Shown one piece after another: positions 25,694-40,261 of a stretch of 64,000 nt of DNA. Numbering within the stretch: position 1 is the first letter of the stretch; the number at the start of each line of letters is the position of its first letter. The position numbers and the translations under genes were made by a program. The notes below the pieces were generated by a model that made no database searches, had not been told where the DNA came from, and was given only the letters and a program-made list of their open reading frames with translations. Location: the NCBI GenBank assembly GCA_951406725.2, contig OX597814.1:192634001-192698000 (forward strand). The letters are read 5' to 3'. The DNA comes from Octopus vulgaris. Lineage: Eukaryota.

Positions 25694-28600
25694 TTAATAA
25701 CAAAAATGCAACTATTATTTGTTTTATGTGTGAATTATCTAGATAAGATCACAGAGCAAGACATTTCATATCATTTGGGGTGCTTTTTGGTTGTTATTTT
25801 TTTAATATTTTTACTTATACAGGCATGGCTCTGTGATAAGAAATTTTCTTCCTTACCCCATGGCTCTGGGTTCAGTCCTACTGTATGGCATCTTGGGCAA
25901 GTATTTTCTAAGTGTCATCTAGAATAACCGCAAGTCAACCTAAGTCTTGTGGATGGATTTGGTAAACAGAAACTGAAAAAAGCTTGTTGTGTGTGTGTGT
26001 GTGTGTGCACGTCCCCTACCACCGTTTGACAACTGGTGTTAGTGTGTTTACATCCCCATAACACTGCGCTTTGACAAAAAAAAAAAAAACTGATAGAATA
26101 AATAGCAGGCTTTAAAAAAATAAGTACTGGGTTTGATTTGTTCAATTACATACATTGCAAAATGTCTCAAACTTTTGAGTGTGTAAGCAAATGTCATCAG
26201 CCTTAAAATTTTTACTGGCATTGCTAGACAAATGGAGTGAGGTTAATGCAAGTTCAATATTCAATTTAAATTGTTTTGCAATTACAAAGGGATATGTGGT
26301 CAGGAAAGATGTACAGTGTCAATTCTCGGAGAAGAACCATCTAAATTATGTTAGAATTTTACTTTGAATCTAAGGAATGGTGCCAAAAGTTTTATATAAT
26401 TTTACTACTAAATAATCTTTCTAGGATAACTCAATTTATTAAATATTCATCAAGACAAGGAAATAAATTTTGTTTTGCAAAGAGCTTTAGTTCCATCATG
26501 TTCATTTGATGCAACGCTCTGACACTGAGAATTAGAATTCAGTTTCAACACTACTGAACAATGAAAGTGAATAAGAAAAATGCACAAATGAATGATGTTC
26601 TTTGCCATGTATAACCATAATATGACTAACTAAATTTAGGGGGACTGTTAACAACATTGGCATAGGGAGTTCAGTATATTCTCTTATTCTATTTATAAAA
26701 CAGAGTAAGGACTTTAATTGAGTTCCGGTCATTGGTACTTATGTCACTAATGCCTCTGGAGAAAGGAATAAACCTAACTACTACTCTTGAAAAATATCAG
26801 GATTCATTTATAATTGGAAAAGGCATTGAATTTAGTTTATTCTTCCTTAGATACAAGTCAGGGTAAGTTATATATCAAGAAATGAATATATAATTGAACC
26901 CTTTAATATTGAAACCAAATCGGGATCAAACACACTGCATTTAGCAGAAAACGAACTCCTTATATAGGAATAGTTTCTTTACTTTGCCTTTCATCCTTTC
27001 GGGGTCGATAAATTAAGTAAAAGTTGCATACTGGAGTCAATCTAATTGACTGGCTCCCACACCCAAAATTTCGGGCCTTGTGCCTAGAGTATTTACAGAA
27101 AGACATTAACATCATTATCATTGTTGTTTTAAATGTTCACCATTCCGTGTTTTCATGGGTCCTGTCACCAACCATGTAATCTCCCCAAGCAGGTTTTCAT
27201 GTAAGACTGGAAACTATGGATACCACTAGCATAATAGTGACATCATCGTTTAACGTCCGCTTTCCATGCTAGCATGGGTTGGACGATTTGACTGAGGAAT
27301 GGCGAACCAGATGGCTGCCCTTCCTAATGCCAACCACTCCGAGAGTGTAGTGGGTGCTTTTACGTGCCACTAACACATAAAAGGGCCAGTCAGGTGGTAC
27401 TGGCAACGGCCATGCTCAAATAGTGTTTTTTATGTGCCACCTGCACAGGAGCCAGTCCAGCAGCACTGGCAACAACCTCGCTCGAATGTTTTTTCACGTG
27501 CCACTGGCACGGAAGCCAGTCAGATGCTCTGGCAACGATCGTACTCTGATGGTGCTATTAGCGCTCCACTGGCACAGGTGCCAGTCATCGAATTTTATTT
27601 GGGTTACAAATATATAACACAATGGCAAAGAGAGAAGGCCAATGACATGCTTGCACACCAGCACATACACATAAATTCAAAACCTGAACCCAAAACCATG
27701 TAGGTAGGAAGCGAACTTTTTGCCACATGGCCAACAGAAAAGAGAAACAACAAATTTTGTAATGAAAGTGGTTCTCTAATAATGAAATGAAGAATGATAA
27801 CTAAGAAAAAAGACAGTTTAAATTAATCACATGCTTCAAGCTATTACAATTTTTCTTTAAATTAATATCTTCAGAATGTTTATGTGTGTTTGTATACATA
27901 TATATTTTTTTTTCTTTTTCTGTGATTAGGTGCTTAATTTGGAGAAAGAGTTTTTAATTATTTGGATAATTTCAAATTAGAACAGAACTAAAGCCAATGA
28001 TTACTGAAAAAAAAAAAAACACTGATCAAAAACTATGAAAAGAGAAGAGACAGTATATTAAGTCCACCAAAAAAAACAGCTCATTTTTACCATATAATAA
28101 TTTAAGTTATATCTTATATGTGTGTCTGATTAATCTAACTTGAGATGTTTGCATATATAAAGATATTAAAATAATGTATATAGTGACGGTTATTACAAGA
28201 ACTTATAAAAATCATGAGAGAAGCAAACGACCAATTAACCTGTGATTAAATAACAATTAATTTGGAATTGAAAGATGCAAGTTCTAATTCAACAAGGTCA
28301 CAATATTTTAAGACTTGGTCTTCTACTATAGGCCCAGGTCAACCATAACCTTGAAGTGGAAGTGGACTTAAACTAAAAAAACTCTGTCATATGTATGTGT
28401 GTGTATGTATATGTGTGCATGTGTGTATATTATTTTCATCATTTCATATCTACTATCCATGCTGGCAGATGTTGGATGGTCCAACAGGATCCAATGGTTT
28501 GGAGAACCATGTACTGCTCCAGTGCCTCAGTTTTGGCATCATTTCTATAGCTGGATACCCTTTCTAGTGCCAACTACTTTACAGAGTGTATCGAGTGCTT

Positions 28601-31398
28601 TTTTTCTTGGCACCAGCACTAGTGAGGTCACCATGTACCTTGCAAGACCAAAGAGTTTCCTTGAATGAAAGCATAGTAGAGAGGGAGGTGGCTCTATGCA
28701 AGGCACTGAGAGGTTATATTTGTTCATTCACCATTGTCAATGATCAAGGACATCATATGGGAGAAGACGGGGCATGGTATGTCCAGCTGTGGCTAATCAG
28801 TCAGGTGCATGCTTAGAAGGCTCTGGACTTGCATAGATTACATTCTCTTTGTGCCTCTGCAATCCTGTTCTATTTGTCGGGAGTGGCACCTCTGTTGGTG
28901 CGGTTTTGTCAGGCAGGGTAGTCTTGTGTTTGCGTTTCCCAGGTTAGAGTATGATAGAAGGGACAGAAACAAGTATGTTGCTATAGAGGAGATACATGGC
29001 AAATCCTACATTAAAAAAAAGTGGGAGGGAGAAAATGAACGGGTCTAGAAACAGATTAACTCTTTAACATTCATATTATTCTGTCAAAAATAATGCTTAT
29101 TCATTCATTGTTTTGAATTGAACATGCATTATTTTAAAGATCTCAGGTTTTTATGAGTGGTTTTTAGAATGACATTGTAGGTTTGGTGTGAGAGGCCAGA
29201 TATGGCCAATTTGAGCATAAAACAAAAATATTTTGGTTGGATATGGCTGGTTTAAATGCTAAAGGGTTAGGGTAGCACTAATGGGGGGGGGGGTTTGAAG
29301 GAGAACATTCTCTGCAACATACATTTGAAACATAATAGTGCTGCTCTTCACTGCATAAGTGAAATCCATCCATGCCATCCACTACTTTGTAGTGATCACA
29401 TGAAAATGAATATTCCAGTGGTGCTCAAATAAGATATCTTTCTCTCCATACAATAAAAACAGATTCAATATTTATATGGCGAATTCAATCCCCTACGATT
29501 GTAACAAATTTACATAATTATACTTCCACTTAGCATAATGGACATTAATCCACTGGTGGCAATAAGATTAGCAACATTTCAAATGCAAATATCGGTATTC
29601 CGAACACAACAAACCAGATATTAGTAGATGAGATATGAAACGGAGAGAATTTCTTAATAGATAGCTGGTTCTGTAAAATAGTTTCCTTCTAGCCAACGTG
29701 ATTTCTGAAGCTAAATCAGCATATCCTATATTGTAATGTGCCAAACTACATACAGAATAATGAGCTAAAATTTCACCTCAGTGAAGTTTGGGTTTGTTAT
29801 AGAAACTAGAAGTTAGCATTGATCGAAAGCCTTATAGCAGAACTGAGTTTCCCAGCTTTGTGGATAGAATATTTATTTGACCCTTTCGCCGGTGGAACGT
29901 AAAAAGCACCAACCGATCATGGCCGTTGCCAGCCTCCCCTGGCACCTGTGCCAGTGGCACGTAAAAAGCACCCACTACACTCACGCAGTGGTTGGTGTTA
30001 GGAAGGGCATCCAGCTGTAGAAACATTGCCAGATCAGACTGGAGCCTGGTGCAGCCTCCTGGCTTCCCAAACCCCGGTCAAACCATCCAACCCATGCTAG
30101 CATGGAAAGCGGACGTTAAACGATGATGACGATGATGATGATGATACCAACCCGGCTGAAACTGCTTCTGGCTCTGTAGTACAAACATCTTGTTTTCATA
30201 AGTTTTGAATTAAAATCTTCCACTAATCTATAATCAAAATTTATGTTCCTAACACTAGCTTAATGATAACTAAGTTACTTTACTAAATTCTTTGTTATTG
30301 TTATCATTTAGCGTCCACTTTCCATGGGTTGGACGGTTCAACTGGGGTCTGGGAAGCCAGAAGGCTGCACCAGGCCCAGTCTGATCTGGCAATGTTTCTA
30401 CGGCTGGATGCCCTTCCTAACACCAACCACTCCGTGAGTGTAGTGGGTGCTTTTTATGTGCCACCGGCACAGGTGCCAGACAGGGCTGGCAAATGGCCAC
30501 GGTCGGATGGTGCTTTTTACATGCCACCGGCACAGGGGCCACGTGTCAAAAATAATTGAAAGAAAAACAGAGCATCTCAAAATAAACACAGTAACGAACG
30601 GGTTAAACAATATCAGAAATTTATCATTTAAATAAGTTAAAATGAAGTGAATAAGCTGTAGAAGTACTTTCTTGTAACCCAGCAGATCACTGGTACTCTG
30701 TTCATGAATTCAGTCTTACTATAATACAAGAAAAATAATACTGGCAGAACCAACATAGCTCAAATTTATTGATTACAACCAAATTTACAGTTATCGAGCT
30801 TACAATTTTTAGGAGAGGGATAAAATTGGAAAATTATTAATGTGATCTAAAGTTATTAATATTTCTAATGAAGTTAAAATTCATTTATGTAATGATCAGC
30901 ATTAGGCTGCAAATTCTGCTCAATTATACTTTCAAAAGTTGTGAATGGGCAATTATGTCATTAAATGGAGACGCTATCTTGCATTAATTAGACAAATGTA
31001 AAAACAGAATGCAACAAAAAAAACATTAATTGTTGCAAATATAGAATATTGTTATATCATTCTGTTTACTGATGAGACATTCATTAATTATATATATTTC
31101 TCAAATAAATAATAAAGACTAAAATAAAAAAAGAAAAAGTTTATTCTATTGTTCATTCATAAGATTAAACAATTTTACAATCAGCTTTTAATAATTCTAC
31201 ATAACATATAACTCTTTTACTTGTTTCAGTCATTTGACTGTGGCCATGCTGGAGCACCACCTTTAGTCGAGCAAATCGACCCTGAGACTTATTCTTTGCA
31301 AGCCTAGTACTTATTCTATCTGTCTCTTTTGCTGAACTGCTAAGTTATGGGGATGTAAACACACCAGCATCAGTTGTCAAGCGATGTTGGGGGGACAA

Positions 31399-31429
<31 letters not shown>

Positions 31430-32793
31430 CGACAGGCCTCTTTTAGTTTCTGTCTACCAAATCCACTCACATGGCTTTGGTCAGCCCGAGGCTATAGTAG
31501 AAGACACTTGCCCAAAATGGCACGCAGTGGGACTGAACCCAGGACCATGTGGTTGGTAAGCAAGCTACTTACCACACAGCCACTTATACAGCATACGTCC
31601 ACAAAAAAAAAAAAACAGTACAGGTCTTTTATCCCAGTCTATTACAATGACAAAGATAACATTTTTATTCTTGTTAAACATTTGGATTAAATTACTCACA
31701 CATCTCTATACATCATTATCCAGATGTGTGGGGGGACACACCCTCTCCTACCACTCGGTACTCTCCAACTTCTAAAATAATACAAGCAATACATAGGCAC
31801 AGACACACTGTGTAGTTAAGAAGTTTGCTTCCCAACCACATGGTTCTGAGTTCAGTCAACTGTGTGGCCCCTGGACAAGTGACTTCTACTATAGCCTTGA
31901 GCTGACCAAAGCCTTGTGAGTGGATTTAGTAGACAGAAACTGAAAGAAACCTACTCTCTCTCTCTCTCTGTCCCGAAATCACCTGGTTGTAAATGAATGA
32001 CAGCAAAACAGGTAGCTAGACTTCCTCCCACCACCACCACCCTTAAAATTTTTTTTTTTTTCCAACACAAACCCCCAATTTTCAGCTACAGGGAATATGA
32101 CTGTAAATAAATTGGCAAAAATCAACATTTCTAAATTACCACTCCCCACTCCCATTTTTTCATTTTTTAAACTTTTGAACTCACAACGTAGTGGCAGACG
32201 AAATACCTAGGACAGACAAAGGGATTAAGTCGATTACATCGACCCCAGTGTGTAACTGGTACTTAATTTATCGACCCCAAAAGGAAGAAAGGCAAAGTCG
32301 ACCTTGGCGGAATTTGAACTTGCAACATAACGGCAGACGAAATACCTATTTCTTTACTACCCACAAGGGGCTAAACATAGAGTGGACAAACAAGGACAGA
32401 CAAAGGGATTAAGTTGATTACATCGACCCCAGTGTGTAACTGGTACTTAATTTATTGACCCCGAAAGGAAGAAGGGCAAAGTCGACCTCGGCGGAATTTG
32501 AACTCACAACGTAACAGCAGACGAAATACTGCGAAGCATTTCGCCCGGTGTGCTAACGTTTCTGCCAGCTTGCCATCTTGATAAAATTTTATTATTTTCT
32601 ACTTCCACGCTTTCTATGCAAAGCTTGCTTTAGTATAAACTGACTGTGCTTTTAGTCAAATATTCTTTTCTTCTCTCTCACCAAACATCACGTTTTCACA
32701 CAAATGTCAGAACTATTTACATTGTGTTCTGTGACATCAAATCAAAACTTAAACATGATAATACCGACTTTACCACAAGAACAAACAACTTAC

Positions 32794-32865
32794 CTTTCTT
32801 TCAAAGCTAACTTTCTGAGCTTGGCATCAACTTTGACAAGAATAGAACTTAAGTGAAAATCTTTC
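32794..32865 (-). CDS. SUZ12: SUZ12 exon (KDFHLSSILVKVDAKLRKLALKER), 72 nt
   Basis: Poly-T tract plus ttccag acceptor, donor gtaagt; phase 2/2 fits both neighbours; aligns to KTFKVDDMLSKVEK region. Confidence 0.88.
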
Positions 32866-33185
32866 CTGGAAAAAAAAAAGAAAAAAGAAAAAATTAAAGT
32901 TAATCTATTTCAAATTTTTTTAAACTGCAAAGAAACAATATCTGCCACCACTAAAAGCTACTACACACACATAATATACACAATGAATATTTACAAACAA
33001 TGCTAGATAAAAATTTCAGGAAGAATTATAACTCTTTAAGTTTTGATTATAAATTTAAATATTGATTTCATATTTTGACACAAGGCCAGCAATTTCAGGG
33101 GAGGAAGCTGATTGATTACACCAACCCCAGTGCTTAACTGGTACTTATTTTGTCGACCCCAAAAAGACAAAAGGTGAAGTCAAGC

Positions 33186-33622
33186 ATACATTGAAACTCC
33201 AACGTCTGGCAGCTGACTTGGTAGACACCCATAAAATTATTAACCATCTTACAAACAATAACTCTGAGCACCTTTGCAAACTCCACCTGTCTAACACCCG
33301 TGGACATGTTTACAAAGTCAGAAAACAACACACCTCCCATGACTTTCGGAAACATTTTTTCACGCTAAGAGTTGCTGAAGTATGGCACAAACTGCCGGCA
33401 TCAGTTGTTAGTTGTCGGAGCACTGCATCCTTCAAAACTTCCATGCTTCCTGAGATTCACCAACACTACACCTGATTTTCTCCCCTCCATACACACGCAA
33501 GCAAGTATCCGACTCATACACTGTTCACTTTCCAGACATTTGTACATTACTGCATATGCTTTATACGCACTTTTGACAAGTTGTGGTGCACCTGAGCACT
33601 GTATACAATAATTTCTTTATTA
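33186..33622 (+). mobile_element. CR1-clade LINE 3' end
   Basis: DLVDTHKII...NTRGHVYKV...RKHFFTLRVAEVWHKLPASVV is the CR1-type ORF2 C-terminus; followed by 3' UTR and short (TTA) tail. Confidence 0.85.
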
Positions 33623-34178
33623 TAGCAGAATTTGCACTCAGAATGCAAAGACAAATGAAATGCTGCTAAACATATTACCAATTCCAGTAAAAATTCTTCT
33701 AGCTTGCCACCATTAATAGCTGAGGTTTGCAAAAGGATTATTAGAAATAAATATCAGCTTTGGAAATAACAAAAATAGCATCTCCAAGATCCACTTATCT
33801 TTTTCACTTGCTTTTTTTTTTTTTTAAGATTAGCAATTCTGACAAGTAATTTAATACTCTGCAAAGTGTGGAGTTAAGAAAAAGACAATCTCTTTGAGCT
33901 GGTGCCATGATGAAAATGTATTCAGTACACTCTGTAAAGTGGCTGGTGTTAAGAAGAGCCTCAAGAGATAGAAAGTGAGCCAAGCAAAATGTACAAGTGA
34001 GGTGCAGTCATGCAACCTGTCCAAGGGAGCTACTGATTCTGACCATTATGACCTGTCCAATGCCATTGCTCGCAAGGAAAGCAGATGTAAAACAATAATG
34101 ATGATATTTCGTTTTTGGATTTGGTTTGCAAGATTCTTTATATGAGTTCATGTGTTGAAGAATATTCTCTTGTGTCTG

Positions 34179-34325
34179 GGGAGAGTCATTTTCTTTTCAT
34201 GCCTTATAATTTAACACACTCACCGGTAAAATTTCTACTTATTTCTTATTTTTATTAAGAAATAAGTAGAAATTTTACCGGTGAGTGTGTTAAATTATAA
34301 GGCACAAAAAGAAAATGACTCTCCC
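34179..34325. repeat. Foldback palindrome, 70-bp arms, 7-nt loop
   Basis: 34179-34248 is the reverse complement of 34256-34325 with 2 mismatches. Confidence 0.92.
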
Positions 34326-34637
34326 TGGAATCTGAACCTGGAATCATGGTTGAGAAGCAAGCTTCTTACCATACAGCCACATCTTTGAAAAATTAACCAT
34401 GCATCATCTTGTGTATTTATGTATTTACTTATTGAAAAGCATAATGGGCAAACTATTTGAAAAATATGAATTATCAGTGTAACATTGTAATTGTTTTTAC
34501 AATTTGTTCAAGAACTATCCAGGGAAATACCATTATCGCCAGGATATAAATTCACAACTCCTCAATCTGTAACCAGTCTGATAAGTGCTAATGCATGAGA
34601 CTCTCAGCATATGAGCCACTTGCTTCTGATAAATATT

Positions 34638-34671
<34 letters not shown>

Positions 34672-36690
34672 ACACCCCTCACGCCTCTGTTCATGTTAAC
34701 TTATCCTACATTCCATAAGTTAGTGGCTTGACAAACAGTAATCAATAAAATAATTATCAGGCTAAAAGACGATTTGATCGATTAAACCTTTGAAGGCGGT
34801 ACCCCAGCATGGCCACAGTTCAATGATTGGAACTAACAGCAGAACAACACACAATGCAACTGGAAATGACCATTGCATTACAATCATTATTATTATCGCT
34901 ATCTCAGGATATCATTGACTCTTTATAAAATGTATTTTTATCCACTTGACAAAACTTAATATGGCTGAGAAGAAATATTTCAAGCAACGTTTCTGGTATT
35001 TATCATCATCATTTAACGTCCGCTTTCCATGCTAGCATGGGTTGGACGATTCGACTGAGGTCTGGCGAACCAGATGGCTGCACTAGGCTCCAATCTGATC
35101 TGGCAGAGTTTCTACAGCTGGATGCCCTTCCTAACGCCAACCACTCCGAGAGTGTAGTGGGTGCTTTTACGTGCCACCAGCACGAGGGCCAGTTGGCAGT
35201 ACTGGCAATGGCCATGCTCAAATGGTGCTTTTTATGTGCCGCCTGCACAGGAGCCAGTCCAGTAGTAAATGCAAAGATAGGATCTCATCTAAGTAATACA
35301 CACAGATATAAGCATGGTTGGTGGCTAAGAAGCTTCCCAACCATGCAGTCCTGAGGTCAGACACAGTGTGTGGTACCTTGGTCAAGTATCTTCTACTATA
35401 GTCGTGGGCCGACCAAAGCCATCATCATCATCAAGCGTCCATTTTCCATGCTGGCATGGGTTAGACAGTTTGACTGGAAATGGTAAGCCAGAGAGCTGCA
35501 TTAAGCTCCAGTATGGTTGGGCTTAGTTTCTTATTTCTTTATTGCCCACAAGGGGCTAAACATAGAGAGGATAAACAAGGACAGACAAAGGATTAAGTTG
35601 ATTACATCGACCCCAGTGCGTAACTGGTACTTATTTAATCGACCCCGAAAGGATGAAAGGCAAAGTCGACCTCGGCAGAATTTGAACTCAGAACGTAGCA
35701 GCAGGCAAAATACCGCTAGGCATTTTGCCCAGCGTGCTAATGATTCTGCCAGCTCGCCACCTTAGTTTCTATGGCTGGATGCCCTTCCTTAATGCCAAGC
35801 ACTCCACTGAGTGTACTGGGTGTCTTCAACGTGTCACCGGCATGGGTGCCTTCGATAGGTCACTGGCAAGGGTGCCTTTTACGTGTTACCAGCAGTGAGT
35901 AGAAATGATAGTAGGGAAACTGAAATAAGCTCATCGTGTGTGTCTTCACCCTTGACTTGATACCAAGTAATGATTGTAAACAACCATCACCGTGATACTG
36001 GCGATATTATTCATTTCCACTCTTCTGATGATGGGGAAATGTTACCTGGCTTGGTGATAAGGACATCAAGCAGTAAAAAAAATATGGCTCAACTAATTCC
36101 ATCCAACCCATGCAGGCAGGAAAAGTGGACATTAAGCAGTGATGATGATTTTATATGTGTGAAGGTGTGTAGCCTGGTGGTTGGGGTGTTGGACTCATGA
36201 TCACTAGATTGTGGGTTCAATTCTCAGACCAAGTGACATGCTTACGTTGCTCCAGCCCACTCAGCTGTAATGGGGTGACCCAGCAATGGACTAGTCATCC
36301 TCTATCTAGCCAAAATGATGCAAAGCACATATAACAATGTCTGATAGTCTGGTCATTCACAAGATCTTATGATACACACACATACATACATACAAACACA
36401 ATGAAGTAAAAAAAAAAACTACTCCAATCAATTAGTAAACAAAAACTCCCTCTTACAGTGTTTAAAACCCTTTAACAAGAGCAATCACTTTGAAGCCAAA
36501 TGCTGAAAGTAATGTTGCTTTTACTAGTTAACTTTGAAGTGTCCATTCCCATAGAACCTATTTACAGTTGAGTGGACAGGAAATGAACCCTTAACTTTTC
36601 AGCCAATTGGTTAGTACCCTATCAGCACAACCAGTTGCTAATTTACTTTTCATTTAACCATAATAATGATTTGGTCCATGGGTGTGTGTG

Positions 36691-36721
<31 letters not shown>

Positions 36722-37217
36722 GGTAGAATAAGAAATAGAAAAGCCCTAAGTACAGTATTATATATATATATATATATATATGGAAAAGAAAATGAATAGA
36801 AATGGCTTTTCTGATCATTTTTCCACTTTAGTAATTAGACATTGATAAGCTATCAGGTGTTTGAACATCTAATTATTAAAGGTGGGCAAAAGTAGGCATA
36901 CAGTTCTTTTTATTCTCTATCCTGGAAGAGAGAAATGGAATGAGCATTCAACTCGTATTAAGCAACTGTATATTTACTTTTACCCACCTGAGTATATATA
37001 TATATTGAAGCATATAAACTTTCATTCACAAAAACTTCGCAAAAACATCTCGTCTCAAATTTGGTCTTTCTTTCTGTCGCTTAATTCTCTAACCCATCTT
37101 TTCCCAACTTCCACTCATAGAAACTTATGCACACGATCGCAAAGCATTCCATCTCAAATCCTGTCTTTCTTTCTGCCGCCTAAAAATCTCATCTTCTCCC
37201 ATTGCGCGGTGCGCCCG

Positions 37218-37400
37218 CCCTCCCACCCCCACCACCAATACCACCCCCACCACCAATACCACCCCCACCACCAATACCACCCCCACCACCAATACCACCA
37301 ATACCACCCCCACCCCCACCACCAATACCGGTGAACACTTCTCACCATCTACACCGGATACTCCCTCCTCCTCCCCCACCACCCCTTCCTACCCCTTCTC
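37218..37400. repeat. C-rich 18-bp minisatellite and low-complexity tract
   Basis: CACCACCAATACCACCCC repeated about 5 times, then CCT/CCA-rich sequence. Confidence 0.85.
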
Positions 37401-38248
37401 CTCATATGCTTTCACTGAGAAAAGACAAGCTGCTAGCGTCTCAGCTCATCAACCGCCCTCTGATCTTACGCTCCCTCCTGTTTTGAATCTGACACTGCCT
37501 CAATCCTACTATCTCCTTCCAGTCCCCTCCATGCCTCGTAATATCCTACGTTTTTATTTCTTACGAACCTGCACCAACCCTTCCTGCCATCGTTCCTCCT
37601 TACCCCCCCAACCTTCCCCACACCTACCCATATATATATATACACGTCCTACGTTTATACTTCTTACGAACCTTCACCAACCCTTCCTGCCATCGTTCCT
37701 CCTCCCCCAACCTTCCCCACTGGTGCTCCCCTATATTACCCGCACCCCTTTACTATCTCTCCCTCTCTTTTCACTGGTGAAACCTTTCTCAGCTGGACCC
37801 CCCCCCAACTCAACTCTACCCCGCATCCCGTTGCCCCCCGTGTCCCTGGCACGTTAAAAGCTCGAACCGATTGTGACCGATGCCGGACCCCCCGGCCCCT
37901 GTGCAGGTGGCACGTAAAAAGCACCCAATCCACTCACGGAGTGGTTGGCGTTAGGAAGGGCATCCAGCTGTAGAAACTCTGCCAGAATCAGACTGGAGCG
38001 GCCCCTGGCTTCCCAGACCCCGGTCGAACCGTCCAACCCGTGCTAGCGCGGAAAACGGACGTTAAACGATGATGATGATGATGATGATATATATATATCG
38101 TTTAATGTACACAGTATTTAAAATAAAAGATACTAATAGTTTCTTGCCGTGGAAAGATTTATATAATGTGATTTGTCTCTAAGCAGTCTTCAAACTCAGG
38201 GCACATGGTTAATTGTATTTGAAAAAAAACTTAATGAAACAGTAATGT

Positions 38249-38302
<54 letters not shown>

Positions 38303-38395
38303 CAACAATTGAGGGTAAAATTAATTAATTATTAATCAATTTCACCAAGTGTTCAGTATGCAAAGGGACCATTTAAGGCGAATTCAAATTATTAC

Positions 38396-38648
38396 ATTAT
38401 ATAAAAGGGCTTAGTAAAATAAATTACTTTGCCGCATACTGAACTCATTAGAAATAGCAGCTAAAAAACTTTTTAAAGCTATTTCTAATACTTAGAGAAA
38501 ATCTCTCTCATATATAGTGTTTGCTTAATTCAACTCACAAAAGTTTGGGGGTAAGGACATCAAAAAATCAAAAAATCAAAAAGCTGCTATTTCTAATGAG
38601 TTCAGTATGCGGCAAAGTAATTTATTTTACTAAGCCCTTTTATATAAT
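38396..38648. repeat. Inverted repeat, 67-bp arms, 119-nt spacer
   Basis: 38396-38462 is the reverse complement of 38582-38648. Confidence 0.92.
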
Positions 38649-38661
38649 ATATATATATATA

Positions 38662-39043
38662 TATCTATATAAACGGCAGTTTGTCTGTGTGTGTTTCTGT
38701 GTGTCTGTTTGGTTGTACCCTCACTCTGACCACGGCTTTCAACCGATTCTGATGAAACTTGACACACACATAGCCCAATGTCATAATTCAAGACTAACGC
38801 AGCGAAAATTTTGAAAAGTTCCCCCAGTTCTGAAAAAGATCGATAAATTCGACATGGGGTCGACAATCAGAAACACAAACCACAGATGGTCATGGGGACG
38901 CAACTCGACCTTTTTAACTATAAAAAAAAATTTACCATCATTTTTTCCCCCCATTTTTTTGCTATTTTTTGGCTATAACTCTCTAAAAATGCTTTATAGT
39001 TATTTCCCTTACAAACCCGAGCAACGCCGGGCGATACTGCTAG
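38662..39043 (+). mobile_element. Non-autonomous Helitron-like element
   Basis: A|TCTCTATATAAA start, CCCGAGCAACGCCGGGCGATACTGCTAG|T end. Confidence 0.78.
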
Positions 39044-40261
39044 TATATATATATATAGATAGATGTGTGTGTGTGTGCGTGTATGTATGTATATATATTT
39101 ATAAACACACACACAACTAAACTGGATCTATTTATCTATCTACATTGATGCTGCCATTTTAACACAATACTCATCAAATTTAAAAATAAGATATTGTCTC
39201 CAGTAACACAGATTGTTAGAAATATGAACGTGGGTTCTAAAATATAACCCTATAAGAACCAAAGATCAGGGTTGAGACTCACATGAGCTTCATCAATGAA
39301 CACAAAACCAACCACTGCCTTTTCTATCCTTTCTGCTGTTGGACCCCATGCAAGGTGAGATGCTTAATACCCAGAATGGAATAAAACATGGTTGCAACAC
39401 AATACTCGAGTCATACTTTATTTTCTCAACCCTACAATATATACTAATACTGGTTTCCAATTTTTGGCACAAGGCCAGCAATTTCTGGGGTGGGATAAGT
39501 CAATTACATCAGCCCTGAGAGGATGTAAGGCAAAGTTGACCTCAGTGGAACTTGAACTCAAGACATAAAGACAAAGAGCTACTAAGTATTTTGTCTGGTG
39601 TGTTAACGATTGTGCCAGCTTGCTGCCTTACAATCACCATCATCATCATTTAACGTCTGTTTTCCATGCTAGCATGGGTCGGATGGTTCGACTGGGGTCT
39701 GGGAAGCCAGGAGGCTGCACCAGGCTCCAGTCTGATCTGGCAGTGTTTCTACAGCTGGATACCCTTCCTAACACCAACCACTCCATGAGCGTAGTGGGTG
39801 CTTTTTACGTGCCACTGGCACAGGAGCCAGGAGGCTGGCAAACAGCCACGATCGGTTGGTGCCTTTTATGTGTCACCGACATGGATGCCAGTCAGGCGGT
39901 GCTGGTATCATCCACATTCGGATGGTGCTTTTTACGTGCCACTGGCAAGGGTATCATAACTACAATTTCCATTTGATTTTTATTTTGATGTTGATGTACT
40001 TGACTCAATAGGTCTCTTCAAGCACATACTAATACTCATTTCTAATTTTTGGCACAAGGTCAGCAATTTCAGGGGTGGGATAAGTTGATTGCATCAACCC
40101 TGAGGGGATGAAAGGCAAAGTTGACCTCAGTGGAATTTGAACTCAAGACAAAGAGAAAGAGCTACTAAGCATTTTGTCTGGTGTGTTAGCAATTCTGCCA
40201 GCTTGCTGCCTTACAATATATACTAATATACAAATTGTTATCTATTTGTACAACTAGGCAT

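Noticed and set aside
36882-37857. Proline-, His- and Trp/Gly-rich ORFs resembling formin or extensin
   Set aside because: They arise in several frames from a C-rich minisatellite; no splice context or domain.
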